Assembly (NCBI GenBank): GCA_965645245.1
Contig: OZ287070.1
Span: 1 to 64,000 of the forward strand
Origin: Massalongia carnosa
Lineage: Eukaryota
Direction of reading: 5' to 3'
Length of the DNA: 64,000 nucleotides
Shown: in pieces, positions 1-11,417 of the stretch
How the letters are laid out: every line of letters starts with the position of its first letter
Position numbering within the stretch: the first letter of the stretch is position 1
Position numbers and translations under genes: made by a program
Notes under the pieces: model-generated
What the model saw: the letters and a program-made list of their open reading frames with translations, nothing else
Told to the model about the DNA's origin: nothing
Databases searched by the model: none

Positions 1-171
1 ACCCTAACCCTAACCCTAACCCTAACCCTAACCCTAACCCTAACCCTAACCCTAACCCTAACCCTAACCCTAACCCTAACCCTAACCCTAACCCTAACCC
101 TAACCCTAACCCTAACCCTAACCCTAACCCTAACCCTAACCCTAACCCTAACCCTAACCCTAACCCTAACC
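1..171. repeat. Telomeric repeat (CCCTAA)28, i.e. TTAGGG on the minus strand
   Basis: Perfect CCCTAA array from base 2 to 169 plus CC at 170-171, at the window start. Confidence 0.99.
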
Positions 172-3100
172 GGGTACCATAGCTCCCGTAGTAGGTGTTA
201 GTGAAGCGGATTGTGGAGTAGGTGTGACCTTTGTAGGACCAATCGTGGACGTTTCAGCGGGAGCCACCTTTGACATTTGTACTGCCTCACCAGCTGGTGC
301 TGTGATAGCAGGTGTTTCCTTGGTAACTACCGCAGTACTGGAGGGTGTTGACGCAGGTGGACTGCCAATGGACAGTGTGGACCCTATGCTCTTTTCGTAG
401 TCATAGACTAATTCCTTGGCATTGTCAAGATCCTTGATGCTATACCATTGATCGAACTCGGGTCCGTAGCCCTTCCATTTTACCAAGTACTGTATGGACT
501 GTCCGCGGCCTTTCCGGACGACACGTTTATTTAATATCCTTTCTATCTCGTAAGACTTGAGGTAGTCCGTGTCTCCTTCCACGAAGACGGTGGGTGGATG
601 ATCAGGCCTGGGACGGTCAAACGGGTCCGTCGCTGGTGGCGGACAGGTCTCTAGCTGTGCTACCGAGAAGACAGGATGAACCTTTCAGTGGGGATGGACG
701 TCAAGGCGGTAAGCCAAGCGGCCGACCTTCTGTAAGACCTTGAAAGGCCCTACGTACTGTTGAGTGAGCTTCTTGGTTACTCCAGTGGTCGAGGGGATGG
801 AATATCCCTTATGAAGCTTGAGCAGGGCCCATTCTCCCTCCTTCATGAACAAAGGTTGATGTAAGCGGTCATAGTGCCGTTTATAATTCATACTGGCAAA
901 GGAGTTAGCGTCCCTAGCTTGATTTCTAACTGCGGATATTTGTATTTCGGCATCATCCCTGAGAAGATCCAGGGCCGTGTTTGGAGTAAATCCAAATGCT
1001 AGCTCATTAGGAGTCTTTCCGGTGGTGGAAGATGAAGAGTTGTTCAGAGATGACTGAATAGAAACTAGGACTTTTGGCCAGTCAGTTGGAGCCTCCAGGG
1101 TGCTTATGTGAAAACGTAAGGCAATTTCCGCCGTTTGATTCGTTCGTTCCGAACTTCTATCCGTCTGAGGATGATAAGCTGTGGAATAGAGTACGGAAGT
1201 ACCCAGTCTATGAAAGATCGCCTTCCATAGCTCTGATAGGAACTTTGGATCCCGATCGGTAATAGTCACCTTGGGCAGACCCCAGTTCATAAGAGAAAGA
1301 CGTTCGTAGAGAAGGTCTGCCCAATGTATTGCACCGAACGTGGACTTTCCAGGAATCATGGTTATTTGCTTAGTAAATTTATCCGTTACAGACATAATCG
1401 AGTCCCATGCTTCCTTAGTGATGGTAAGTGCTAGGATAAAATCCAAAGTAATAGTATGAAATGGAACCGGTGGGCTGTCGATGGGCTGAAGACTTCCCCA
1501 GGGTTTATGTCTTCTGGTCTGAAGTACTAGACATTCTGGACAGTGTCGTATGTACTCTCGTAATGTCCGTACCAGGTTCCTGACGTACCATGAACGAGTA
1601 ACTATCTCATAGCACCTGGCAAATCCAGGATGACCATTTCCATGCGCTATAGCAAATATGTCTTTGACACAACTGGCTGGTATACGGAGACGTCTGATAC
1701 CTGAGAATCTATCTATGTGATAGATGAGATCCTTGTCTGTTTTGCCAATTGGCAAAATGTCCTGAGTTGATTTTTCAGTTGAATTCATCTCAGCTGGATT
1801 GACTGGAATTTCCATAGTGTTTCCCCGGGCAAAAGGAATTTTAGCGGCGCCCTCGTCGAGTTTATCGTTAGTGTCTATCATTTGGATTATATTGATCCAT
1901 AATTTATCTGTAGAATAACCGGCGATGAGACGTTTTCTGAAGTCATTGCTCATTTCTACGACCGTAGTGTTATAGACGTATAAGACATCCAACTCCGAGT
2001 GATCATCGGCTAAGATAGGCCTCACGTTGGCGCTGGCTAGTCGGGAAAGAGCATCAGGAATGATGTGCTCTATGCCTGGTTTATGCCTGATGTCGAGTCG
2101 GAATTGACTCAGAAACTGAGAAGCTCTGATCAATTAGACGTTCATTCTCATGGTCGATGTAGAGGCCGTTATTAGCTTTTGCTTACTGATTTCGATTATA
2201 GCGGAGTGATCTGTCTGAACGATCGTTGGATGCTCTGATGATTAGACAAGGTGTCTGACTTTTTTGATGGTCTATACTAGACCTGCCATCTCTAGTTCAG
2301 TAGGCCAGTAGTTCTTTTCAGCCGCCGTAAGGAGACGGCTAAGGAACATGATGGGTTCTATTTGATTTCTTGAAGGCCATTTTCCGATTGGTACTATAAC
2401 ACCGACTTTGAAATGGAAGACTATAACACCATACCCAAAATCTTTGGAGGCGTCTAGGTCTATCCAGAGAATGCGGTGTGGACTAAAATGAATGAGGATG
2501 GAGGGTTTGCTAAGCAGCTTCTGAAGGGTTATAAACGCTGAAGTCTCTTTTTCGGTAGGGATTATCTTAGTACGAGACGTATAATTTCGTCGTTGTTGAC
2601 CTCCTTTCAGAGATGCCCTTAGAAGGTGCGTTTTTAGGTCTTGTAGAGGGCGGGCTATGCCTGCATAGTAGTAGATGAAAGAACGTAGATAGCCGGTAAG
2701 ACCGAGGTAATGTTCTAAGTCTATCAGTGCCTTGGGGAACTTCAACAGAGATATGGCGCGAAGTTTCTCCTCGGAGGTGGACATGCCGAGGGAGTTTACC
2801 CTCTGCCCGAGAAGATCAACGTCTGAATAGCCTAAAAAGGCCTTGGTGGGCTTGATAGATATTCCAAGCTTCACGAATAAGGAGAAGATTTTCCGAAGAT
2901 GCATTAAATGCTCATCTAGGGACGTTGATCTTACTACACGTCATCTATGTAAGCTTTGACAAAGTCAGGGAAGTCCCGAAGAATGGTGTCCATTTGTCTT
3001 TGAACATAAGCAATGGAGTTGCGATTGCCCATCACTGTTACCAAAAAGGTATCCTGGCCTCGGTGAGTGACTATTGTTTGCTTATATGTGTCTTCCGGAT

Positions 3101-4762
3101 GAACGCGCCATTGATAGAAGAAAGAATCCGCGTCTAGGACAGAAATGTGAGTACATCCACGAAGGTCTGCTATGACATCACTTTGTAGATGGACCGGGTA
3201 GGCATCCGGAACCAGAAGATCATTCAGGCCTCTGATGTCTACGACGGCACGGCCTTTCCGGACGTCACCGATTTTCTTCCAAACGACAAAAACAGGGTAG
3301 CTGAATGGAGTATGCGTATTGGTCCATATTAATCGTCCTTTACGATGCATTTCGTCAAAGGTTTTATCTACTATTTCGCTGTCTTCTATTCCCAGGGGAT
3401 AGACCTTGGATTTTCCAGAGACCTTCAATCCTCGCGAAGGGGTAGCTTCATCCACTGGTTCATAGGAACATCAATGAAGCCTTCGTCCTTCCATAGTGAG
3501 GGAAACTCGTCTACCAGGTCTGAATAGATCCTGGTGGCTATCGTGTCGCCATAGGTCATGACACCGTTGGCTAGCTTGGTCTCATACTTGTTGCAAGATG
3601 CTGTGGTAGCTACCTTAATGGAATTTTCTGGGGGAAATGATGAAAGACTTGGAGTAGGTAGATCCATAGTAACAGCAATCAGAAATGCTGCTGCTTTAAA
3701 TGCTTTTTTGAACCAACTTGCCTTTGGTGGTTTGGTGGCAAGGTCTTTGTCAGCTATGTGAAAACATTCGTTATAGTGGACCTCGGAGACCTGTCCGAGG
3801 CGGAATTTTCTTGGAAGTTCCACTGGTATAGGCGAGTCGTTTCGGACTACGATTTCTGCAGTAAGTGCATCTACGAGGTGATAGTACAAAGTTACATTTG
3901 CTTTATCGGTAGGTTTAAAAAGAAAGTCTCTGTCTGCTGGTAAGATCATGTTGACAGGGACTTTTAACTCAGCACCTGGGGTGACGGTAACAGCGGACTT
4001 TGTGCGAACGGTCTTTCTGATAAAAGTTCCACGAGGTCTGACCTGAAGGCTGATGTTTACATCACAGCTACCGATGTAAGCCTTTTTCTTGTTTATATCA
4101 ATAATAAATTCTTCTGGTCCAAGTACGTCGTTTCCTATCAGCATATTGGCCTTGAGACCATCCACTATGTGGATTTCACGGGTGATACAGGCCAGAACCG
4201 ACGTTCCATCGGACGCCTTTGAGGCCGTCATGTAGAATGGAACCAAAATGTACTCCTTTGTTTCATGCGTATTGGAACCAATACCTCGAACTCGTACCGG
4301 ATTTGCCATAAGATGAACCTTAGCGTTAGGAATGTCTCTGCTAATCCACTCTCGATCTCCTAAAGTGGAACCACAACCAGTGTCCAGACAGTAATCGGTG
4401 GATAGACCTTCCGGGGTAAACTTTACCGCTCCCTCGATGAAGTTCCAGTTACGAAAGCCTAGTCCAAAACCGAGGTTTTCTGTAGAAGTCTTGGATGTGA
4501 TTATGATAGGAGTAGTGGTAGTGGTGTCTTCTACGGAAGTAGCATAGACGTTCGATCCGTGTTCATTCTCTTTGTCAACTGACAGTTTGTTAGAAGTGAA
4601 ATTTGCAAATTTTTTCAAGGTTTTTGAGGCAGGCGATGTCCTGGAATATCCAGACCGTAGGTGTTTGTGTAGTTTGTTCTTCGATGGAAAGGATTCCTGA
4701 CAGTTGGTGCAGGAAGAGTCTATGCCGACAAACCAAGCGAAGTCCTCGGATTCCTCTGGTGC
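172..4762 (-). pseudogene. Element A gag C-terminus and pol (protease, RT, RNase H, integrase, chromodomain) with frameshifts and stops
   Basis: ORF pieces 3425-4618 (LDTG protease), 2934-3455 (YIDD), 2272-2904 (LDASK, ELE), 685-2133 (HPG..CPEC, TDRD, YHPQTD) and 166-582 (YLVKWKGY chromodomain). Confidence 0.92.
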
Positions 4763-5246
4763 TGAAACGGGGAGACCTTCTCCCAGCAGGCATTCACTAC
4801 TGGAAGATGGGATCCACAGGGCTACACAACGTGATGGTCACAATAGAGGTACAAAATAGGTAGGGTCGGGTCAAAGGGTAGACTAAATGCTACCCTTTTA
4901 AAGTGCTTGATCATTGATCTATATAGGATAGGACAATCCATAACCTAAGCTCTTCTTCCATACCTTGCCCATACTACCTGGTATTTTCGGACTCCGAAAT
5001 ACTTCGGACACCGAAAGACACGGGTAGATAAGACTAGGCAGGTGAGCTAGGGGAGGTGAGGCGAGGCGAGGGGATACTTCGTGTACTACGAAAACACCTC
5101 CATAATAAGTTAAGTCCCCACACTATGCCTAACTGGGTTAGGCGGGACCTTATTGTCTTGGTGGTTGTTTTGGCTGTACATATCCCACATAGCCACATAG
5201 GCCAGTCTTACGTTCAACGAACGCATACTTGGCCTACCCTATTACA
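4763..5246 (-). repeat. 3' LTR of element B
   Basis: Direct repeat of 10934-11417, identical as far as I can read. Confidence 0.97.
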
Positions 5247-5521
5247 ACTGCCTCCCTCCTATGGTCGAGTCCCATCCGAGACATGCACTGCAAAAGATAG
5301 CCTCATGACGACCTAGGGTGCGTACCTAGACAACTCCATAAAAACCCTCTGACCCTTTGGGACAGAGGCAAAAAGGCATCGCTGTCATGACAGGTACGGC
5401 CTAGCCGAATGATCCACTGCGCCGACGGTCCCCTTGTGAGTATGCAGCCCCTTCCGGCCATTAGGCACCGACTTACATACTCACTGCCAATACCGCAGCA
5501 TTGGACTTCTTCGCCTGTCCC

Positions 5522-8500
5522 TTAGGACTTGACTCGCGGCTTCTTGCGCGTATGGACCGTCCCAGCCGCGCCAGCGTCATCTATACCTAACTGCCGACGA
5601 CCCCTCTTGGGACGTCCTAGACGCAGCGGTGTTACCAAGTCGACCCCCACTTGCGAGGTTAAAGGCAAAGCCTCATCGACAGGGCCAGGCGGGGAGTCCG
5701 GCTGCAGCGCGGAGTACGTCGATTTCTTCGCTAGAGGAGGACGTGGAGGACCTGAATCCACTGGGGTTCCGCTTGCGGTGGATTTTGAAGGATTATCCTT
5801 ATGGAATAACCTCACCATCTTGCGTAAATGCTTGATGGCCGCATACGGTTCCCAGCTATCCTCAGACTCAGGGTATCCTTTCCAATGGATCAGATAATAA
5901 AGCCCTGCAGGTCTCCCGTCCTCCGACTCCCTAGCATAGACAGCCGAATCTTGAATACTCTCGACCTCGTACTCCTTTGGTTCAGTTTCATTGAACTCTA
6001 GCTGCTCCGCTAATTCTTTATCGACTCCCCCCTTCTTAGTGCCATTCTTCTCCAGAAGAGACACATGAAAGACATCATGGATTCGCCAACGCGGCGGCAG
6101 TTGGATGCGATAGGCTTGCTTGCCAATCGGCTCAATAACCTTGAATGGACCTAGGAACTTGTGTTCAAGCTTCCTGTTCCTCTTCGTGTTAATGTGCTTG
6201 CCATCCAACCAAACTGACTCGCCGGGGCTGTACACACGATCCTTTGTAGCCTTGTTATGGTAGCGAGCTTGAGACTCTTGTGCACCTCTAAGGTTTGCCT
6301 TGCACAGGTCCATAAGTTCTTTGAGTTCCGCGACCTCAGCCCCCGCCGCCCTAGACCGCGAACGGGGATCCAGCTCATCCTCATAGCTCATCCGCGGATG
6401 ATAACCGCAGTTCAACTCGAAAGGAGTCAACCCGGTGCTAGAGTGCTTGGAGTTATTGAAGGCGAACTCAGCCATGGTCAGATACTGCACCCAGTCGTCC
6501 TGCTCGAATGAGACAAAGGACCGGAGGTACGCCTCCAACGTGCTGTTCTGACGCTCTGTCTGGCCGTCAGTTTGTGGGTGAAAAGCCGTGCTGAGACGCC
6601 TCTTAATGCTGACATAATAGCACAGCGAGGACCAGAACTGCGATGTGAACAGGGAGCCACGGTCTGTAACTATAGAGTCAGGGAGCCCATGGTATCTCAC
6701 GACCGAATCAATAATTACTTCCGCGAGGCCTTCAGCCGTCAGCGTTTTCATCACTGCTTCGTAATGGACCATCTTCGTCAGGCGGTCAACAATGACGAGG
6801 ATGGAGTCATATCCTACTCCACGCCAGTCGCAACTGCGCGGGAGCCCTGTAACGAAGTCCATCGTAATGTCTTTCCACTTATGCGAGGGAATCGGCAGGG
6901 ACTGGAGACTCCCATACGGCTTATGCCGCTGCGACTTCGACCTCATGCATACGTCACACGCATCCACGTACTTTTCAACGTCCACCTTGATAGTGTCCCA
7001 GTGGTATTTCCGAGTCAGCAACTCCTGGGTCTTTTCGATGCCAAAATGCCCCGCCAAGGGGTCATCATGATGGCGCGCCATTATCTCAGTTCGTAACGTC
7101 TCGGGGATATAAGGCTTGCCTTCATAATATAAGACATCCCCGGACTCCTTCCAGGGCTCGCCCGAAACACCAGAAAACGCATTAACTTCGGAGGTAGCTA
7201 GCCTCTTCCGTACAGCCTGGGCGCCCTTGTCTTCCGTAAGCAACTCAGGAAGACGTGGAAGTAATGAACCGATTGCAGTGTAGGGACCCTCTTCAGCCAC
7301 GACTGCCCTTATAACAGCCCATGACTTGACGAGGTCCGGGACCACCGCAGTCCCACAGATAATCACCTCTAACATCATTTTCCTATACCCCTGCGAGTAG
7401 TCACGCTCGCGGGGCTTCTTAGGTTGGCTTAATGCCTTGCAGGCCCGAATGGTCACGGGCTCGTTCAACAGCAAAGAATCCTGCAAGCGGTGTAATATCT
7501 GCCTATTCTCAACTATTAACTCATCGTCATCCGCCTCAGCCTGGGCGGGGCGAGATAAGGCGTCTGCGGGGTTGTGAGAACCCTGACGATAGTCAATCCG
7601 AAAGTTATACCGGGAGAGCTCCTGCGCCCAACGGATCTGGCGTCCGCCGAGTCGTTTGGTATCCATGAACCGTTTTAGGTTGTTGTGCTCGGTGAGAACT
7701 AGGACTTCATGAGTGCTGCCTTCGAGATAATGCCTCCAATGCCTAAAAGCCTCGACAATGGCCAGCAACTCCGCGTCATGCGTTTCATAATTACGCTCCG
7801 CGGGAATCATCTTCCTAGAAAAGTAGGCTACTGGATGCCAATGACTCTCATCGTCCTTTTGTGATAGTATCCCATCGATGGCATACCCAGATGCATCAGT
7901 CTCCACGCGTATATGTCGCTCCGCATCGAAATGCCTGAGGACTGGGGCCGTGACAAAGGCCCCCTTCAGTTGATCGAACGCTACTAACGCCTCAGCAGTC
8001 AGAAACGGGTCCGATTTCGGCATCTTAGGGCCCGTCGTCTTCAGCATCGCGGTCAAAGGCCTAGCGATCTTACTGAACCCTTTGATGAACCGGCGGTAAA
8101 AATTGGCAAAGCCTATAAAGACTTGAATATCGCGAACGCACTGGGGTCTAGGCCAGCTGCGCACGCTCTCTATCCTATCATTCTCCATCCGAATACCTTC
8201 AGGTAAAATAATATACCCAAGAAAGCGAACCTCTTTCTGACTGAAACGGCACTTCTGCAAATTGGCATACAGGCCGTGCTTTCGTAACTGTTCAAAACCC
8301 CACTTAACCGCATCAGTGTGCGCTGAACCAGTCTCTTCAGTGTAAATGAGAATATCGTCTAAGTAGACAATGCAAAAAACATCAAGTTTTTCAGCGAGTA
8401 CCTTGTTAATCAAAGCTTGAAACGTCGCTGGTGCATTGGAAAGCCCAAAGGGCATAACCTGATATTCGAAATGGCCATAGCGAGTTCGAAAGGCAGTCTT

Positions 8501-9520
8501 CCACTCGTCTCCCTTTGCTATTCGCACCCTATGGTACGCATGGATGAGATCAAGCTGGGTATACTCCTTCGCTCGGCCGAGCCTATCTAGGGCCTCGCCT
8601 ACTAACGGCAGGGGGTAACGGTTTTTAATCGTTATATTGTTGAGACCCCTGTAGTCGACGCATAGCCGCAATCCTCCGCTGGGCTTCCTAATAAAGAGGA
8701 TAGGCGCCCCCGCAGGAGAAGTCGACGGTCTGATGAACCCGTTATTGAGGTTGACTTCGATATAACCCCTTAGAGCTTCTAACTCCGTGGGACCGAGGCT
8801 ATAGATAGGCCCATGAGGAGGCGACTTGCCCTCCTCTAGGACGATTCTGTGATCATCCGGGGTCAGCGACGGCAACTCGTCAGCTTTCTCCGCAGAGAAT
8901 ACCCCTTCATAATCGGCGTATTCCACAGGGAGCTTGATCTCCTCTGTAGTCGAAATAGCCTGTAGGTTCACGCGCCTAGCGTCGTCCAACGCATCAAGAA
9001 TGGCGGCTACTTGTACGACAAAGCAAGCGGACTTATCATCCCGAGCATCCTCTGCGAAGGTCTCCGGCTCAACTAACTCAATGCGCCTTTCGGTCGGCAA
9101 AGAAGTCGAGACAGAATAATCTCTCCAAGTGAGAGACCCTTCAGCGAAGTGGACGTCCGGGTTGCCGAGTTTCAGAAAAGGCATCCCCAACACAACATCA
9201 TGAGAGACGTTTGCTATTAGAAAAGTCTCCTCGAACCAGCGAGTTCGTTTGAGCTTGTCATCAACAGAGAATTTGGCTAACACCATGCCATGGGTAGTCA
9301 ACCGAGAGCCATCTATCGTAGCCGCACCCCAATTGGTATGCAGGGTCGGAAGACCTAAAGATCGAACCAACTCTGGAGCGATAGCATTGACTTCGCTACC
9401 AGAATCGATCAAGGCTTTCAGTCTAGAAAGAACCTTCACCATCTGGATGTCGTACAACATACAGGGTTCTCTTTGCAAACGGGGCGCATGCTTGGCAATT
9501 GCCTCCCTAGGGTCAGTCAC
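5522..9520 (-). CDS. pol: Element B Pol (protease, RT, RNase H, integrase, chromodomain)
   Basis: Uninterrupted 1332-aa ORF with IDSG, YLDD, TDAS, HHDD..GHFG..CDVC, FHPQTDGQTER and YLIHWKGY; lies in the -1 frame relative to gag. Confidence 0.96.
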   Translation of the reverse strand: MTDPREAIAKHAPRLQREPCMLYDIQMVKVLSRLKALIDSGSEVNAIAPELVRSLGLPTLHTNWGAATIDGSRLTTHGMVLAKFSVDDKLKRTRWFEETFLIANVSHDVVLGMPFLKLGNPDVHFAEGSLTWRDYSVSTSLPTERRIELVEPETFAEDARDDKSACFVVQVAAILDALDDARRVNLQAISTTEEIKLPVEYADYEGVFSAEKADELPSLTPDDHRIVLEEGKSPPHGPIYSLGPTELEALRGYIEVNLNNGFIRPSTSPAGAPILFIRKPSGGLRLCVDYRGLNNITIKNRYPLPLVGEALDRLGRAKEYTQLDLIHAYHRVRIAKGDEWKTAFRTRYGHFEYQVMPFGLSNAPATFQALINKVLAEKLDVFCIVYLDDILIYTEETGSAHTDAVKWGFEQLRKHGLYANLQKCRFSQKEVRFLGYIILPEGIRMENDRIESVRSWPRPQCVRDIQVFIGFANFYRRFIKGFSKIARPLTAMLKTTGPKMPKSDPFLTAEALVAFDQLKGAFVTAPVLRHFDAERHIRVETDASGYAIDGILSQKDDESHWHPVAYFSRKMIPAERNYETHDAELLAIVEAFRHWRHYLEGSTHEVLVLTEHNNLKRFMDTKRLGGRQIRWAQELSRYNFRIDYRQGSHNPADALSRPAQAEADDDELIVENRQILHRLQDSLLLNEPVTIRACKALSQPKKPRERDYSQGYRKMMLEVIICGTAVVPDLVKSWAVIRAVVAEEGPYTAIGSLLPRLPELLTEDKGAQAVRKRLATSEVNAFSGVSGEPWKESGDVLYYEGKPYIPETLRTEIMARHHDDPLAGHFGIEKTQELLTRKYHWDTIKVDVEKYVDACDVCMRSKSQRHKPYGSLQSLPIPSHKWKDITMDFVTGLPRSCDWRGVGYDSILVIVDRLTKMVHYEAVMKTLTAEGLAEVIIDSVVRYHGLPDSIVTDRGSLFTSQFWSSLCYYVSIKRRLSTAFHPQTDGQTERQNSTLEAYLRSFVSFEQDDWVQYLTMAEFAFNNSKHSSTGLTPFELNCGYHPRMSYEDELDPRSRSRAAGAEVAELKELMDLCKANLRGAQESQARYHNKATKDRVYSPGESVWLDGKHINTKRNRKLEHKFLGPFKVIEPIGKQAYRIQLPPRWRIHDVFHVSLLEKNGTKKGGVDKELAEQLEFNETEPKEYEVESIQDSAVYARESEDGRPAGLYYLIHWKGYPESEDSWEPYAAIKHLRKMVRLFHKDNPSKSTASGTPVDSGPPRPPLAKKSTYSALQPDSPPGPVDEALPLTSQVGVDLVTPLRLGRPKRGRRQLGIDDAGAAGTVHTRKKPRVKS

Positions 9521-9546
9521 CGGTTCGGAAGTAACGCCGGCGACAG

Positions 9547-10798
9547 CTAGTTTTTTGGCTTGGGAGGATTGGTGCAGTGGGTAGAGATATGCCCTTTTTC
9601 ACCGCATCTATAGCAGGTGACTTCGGCAGGAGGCTCTGCGTTGGCGCCAGTGGCAGGCGTCTTGTTGGCAGAGGTGCCGGAAGATTCGGTAGGCTTGTTG
9701 TTACCCTTGCCACGTCTGTGATTCTTACCTTGAGTCTTCGACAATCGAGTTTGCGAGGCATCCCTTGACTTATCGCGACGAGAGTCGCGATGTGAGGAGT
9801 TCTTGGTCGAGGTGTGCATATTAACGGATGCCTCGGCCTGCATTGCGAGAGCGACAAATTGCGAGTAGGTGCTCGCATTGTCAACCATGTTGTAAAGGGC
9901 TGACTTAATCTCAGGACGCAGAGCATCTCGAGCGCGGCGAATCATGTCGGACTCGCGGGGGAAATGAAGGTCATACTCCTGAAGAACGGAGCACAATTGT
10001 TGAAGCTGTACGCTAAACGTGCGTACGTTGTCTCCAGGGCGCTGAACAAAACTAAAGAACTTTCCCCAGGTTTTATCCACGAAGGTCTTCTCGTTGCCAA
10101 GATCATCCCGGAGGACCTTTAAGAATTCGGCCCAGGGTGGGTCGTAATCAAGCGGCAATGTCTTGACGTATTCTGACCATACATGGCGAACAGTCTCTCC
10201 GCGAAGAAAGGAAGCCGCGAAAGAGACGGAGGAAGAATCATCGGGATGCGCCCGTGCAGTCTTGAAGTACTCGTGACACTGACGAGCGAACTCATGCAGC
10301 TCCTTGTGACTACTTCCCTTGTATATGTCAGGAACCTTGGGCTTCAGTAAGGGACGAGAAGCGCCGTCATAACGGCGGTTTGAGTAGTCACGCGAAGGTG
10401 ACCGGCGGCGACGGTAATGGCCGGGCGAGCGAGAGCGAGAGTCCCGGCGGGTATGATGACTATTCCGCCTGGATGACCTCTCAGGCGACTGGGGTACCCG
10501 AGGAGATCGTGAGGCCGATCGAGATCGGCGAGCAGACCGAGAGGGAGTTCGGCCATGGCCCTGGTTGATTTGGTCCAGGGTAGACTGGATAGCAGCCCAT
10601 TGCTCGGCAGTCAGAGTCACTGTGGTAGCTGACGTGCCAGAGGAAGGACGGGAGGAGCCGTGAGGGCCGACAGGAAGTGGGCCACTAGACGGCGGAGCAC
10701 CAGATGCATTGGCTGAATTTAGCTGAAGCACCGGAGGTGCCGAGGAGAGAAGGATCCATTGAGGCCCTAATTGCAGCGGACTGGCTGCGGGTGGCCAT
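9547..10798 (-). CDS. gag: Element B Gag with CCHC zinc knuckle; probable 1-bp insertion near 10718-10720
   Basis: CYRCGEKGHISTHC near the C-terminus. The likely start ATG (MATRSQ, ~10798) is out of frame with the long ORF by one extra A. Confidence 0.85.
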
Positions 10799-10933
10799 GG
10801 AAGAATCGATGAGGAAGTTTGGCCTGAACGACGAAAGGCCAAATGGTGCTGGATGGCGAAAGCGGTAAAAAGCAGCACCCTTATTGTGACCACCGGATCG
10901 TGCTAAATCGGAGATATATAGAGCAATTAGAAT

Positions 10934-11417
10934 TGAAACGGGGAGACCTTCTCCCAGCAGGCATTCACTACTGGAAGATGGGATCCACAGGGCTACACAA
11001 CGTGATGGTCACAATAGAGGTACAAAATAGGTAGGGTCGGGTCAAAGGGTAGACTAAATGCTACCCTTTTAAAGTGCTTGATCATTGATCTATATAGGAT
11101 AGGACAATCCATAACCTAAGCTCTTCTTCCATACCTTGCCCATACTACCTGGTATTTTCGGACTCCGAAATACTTCGGACACCGAAAGACACGGGTAGAT
11201 AAGACTAGGCAGGTGAGCTAGGGGAGGTGAGGCGAGGCGAGGGGATACTTCGTGTACTACGAAAACACCTCCATAATAAGTTAAGTCCCCACACTATGCC
11301 TAACTGGGTTAGGCGGGACCTTATTGTCTTGGTGGTTGTTTTGGCTGTACATATCCCACATAGCCACATAGGCCAGTCTTACGTTCAACGAACGCATACT
11401 TGGCCTACCCTATTACA
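10934..11417 (-). repeat. 5' LTR of element B
   Basis: Direct repeat of 4763-5246. Confidence 0.97.

Larger units (their letters stand above)
4763..11417 (-). mobile_element. Ty3/Gypsy chromovirus B, full length, nested in element A
   Basis: 484-bp TG...CA LTRs at 4763-5246 and 10934-11417; 5-bp TSD GGTGC (4758-4762 and 11418-11422); PPT AGGAGGGAGG next to the 3' LTR. Confidence 0.97.

Noticed and set aside
172..4000. Telomere-specific non-LTR retrotransposon or telomere-linked RecQ helicase
   Set aside because: The telomere-adjacent sequence is Gypsy integrase and chromodomain; I saw no helicase motifs in the window.
5056..5316. Short ORFs repeated in LTRs and Ngaro repeats (also 11227, 44053/54508, 46636/51032)
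   Set aside because: They are incidental frames inside terminal repeats with no protein motifs.
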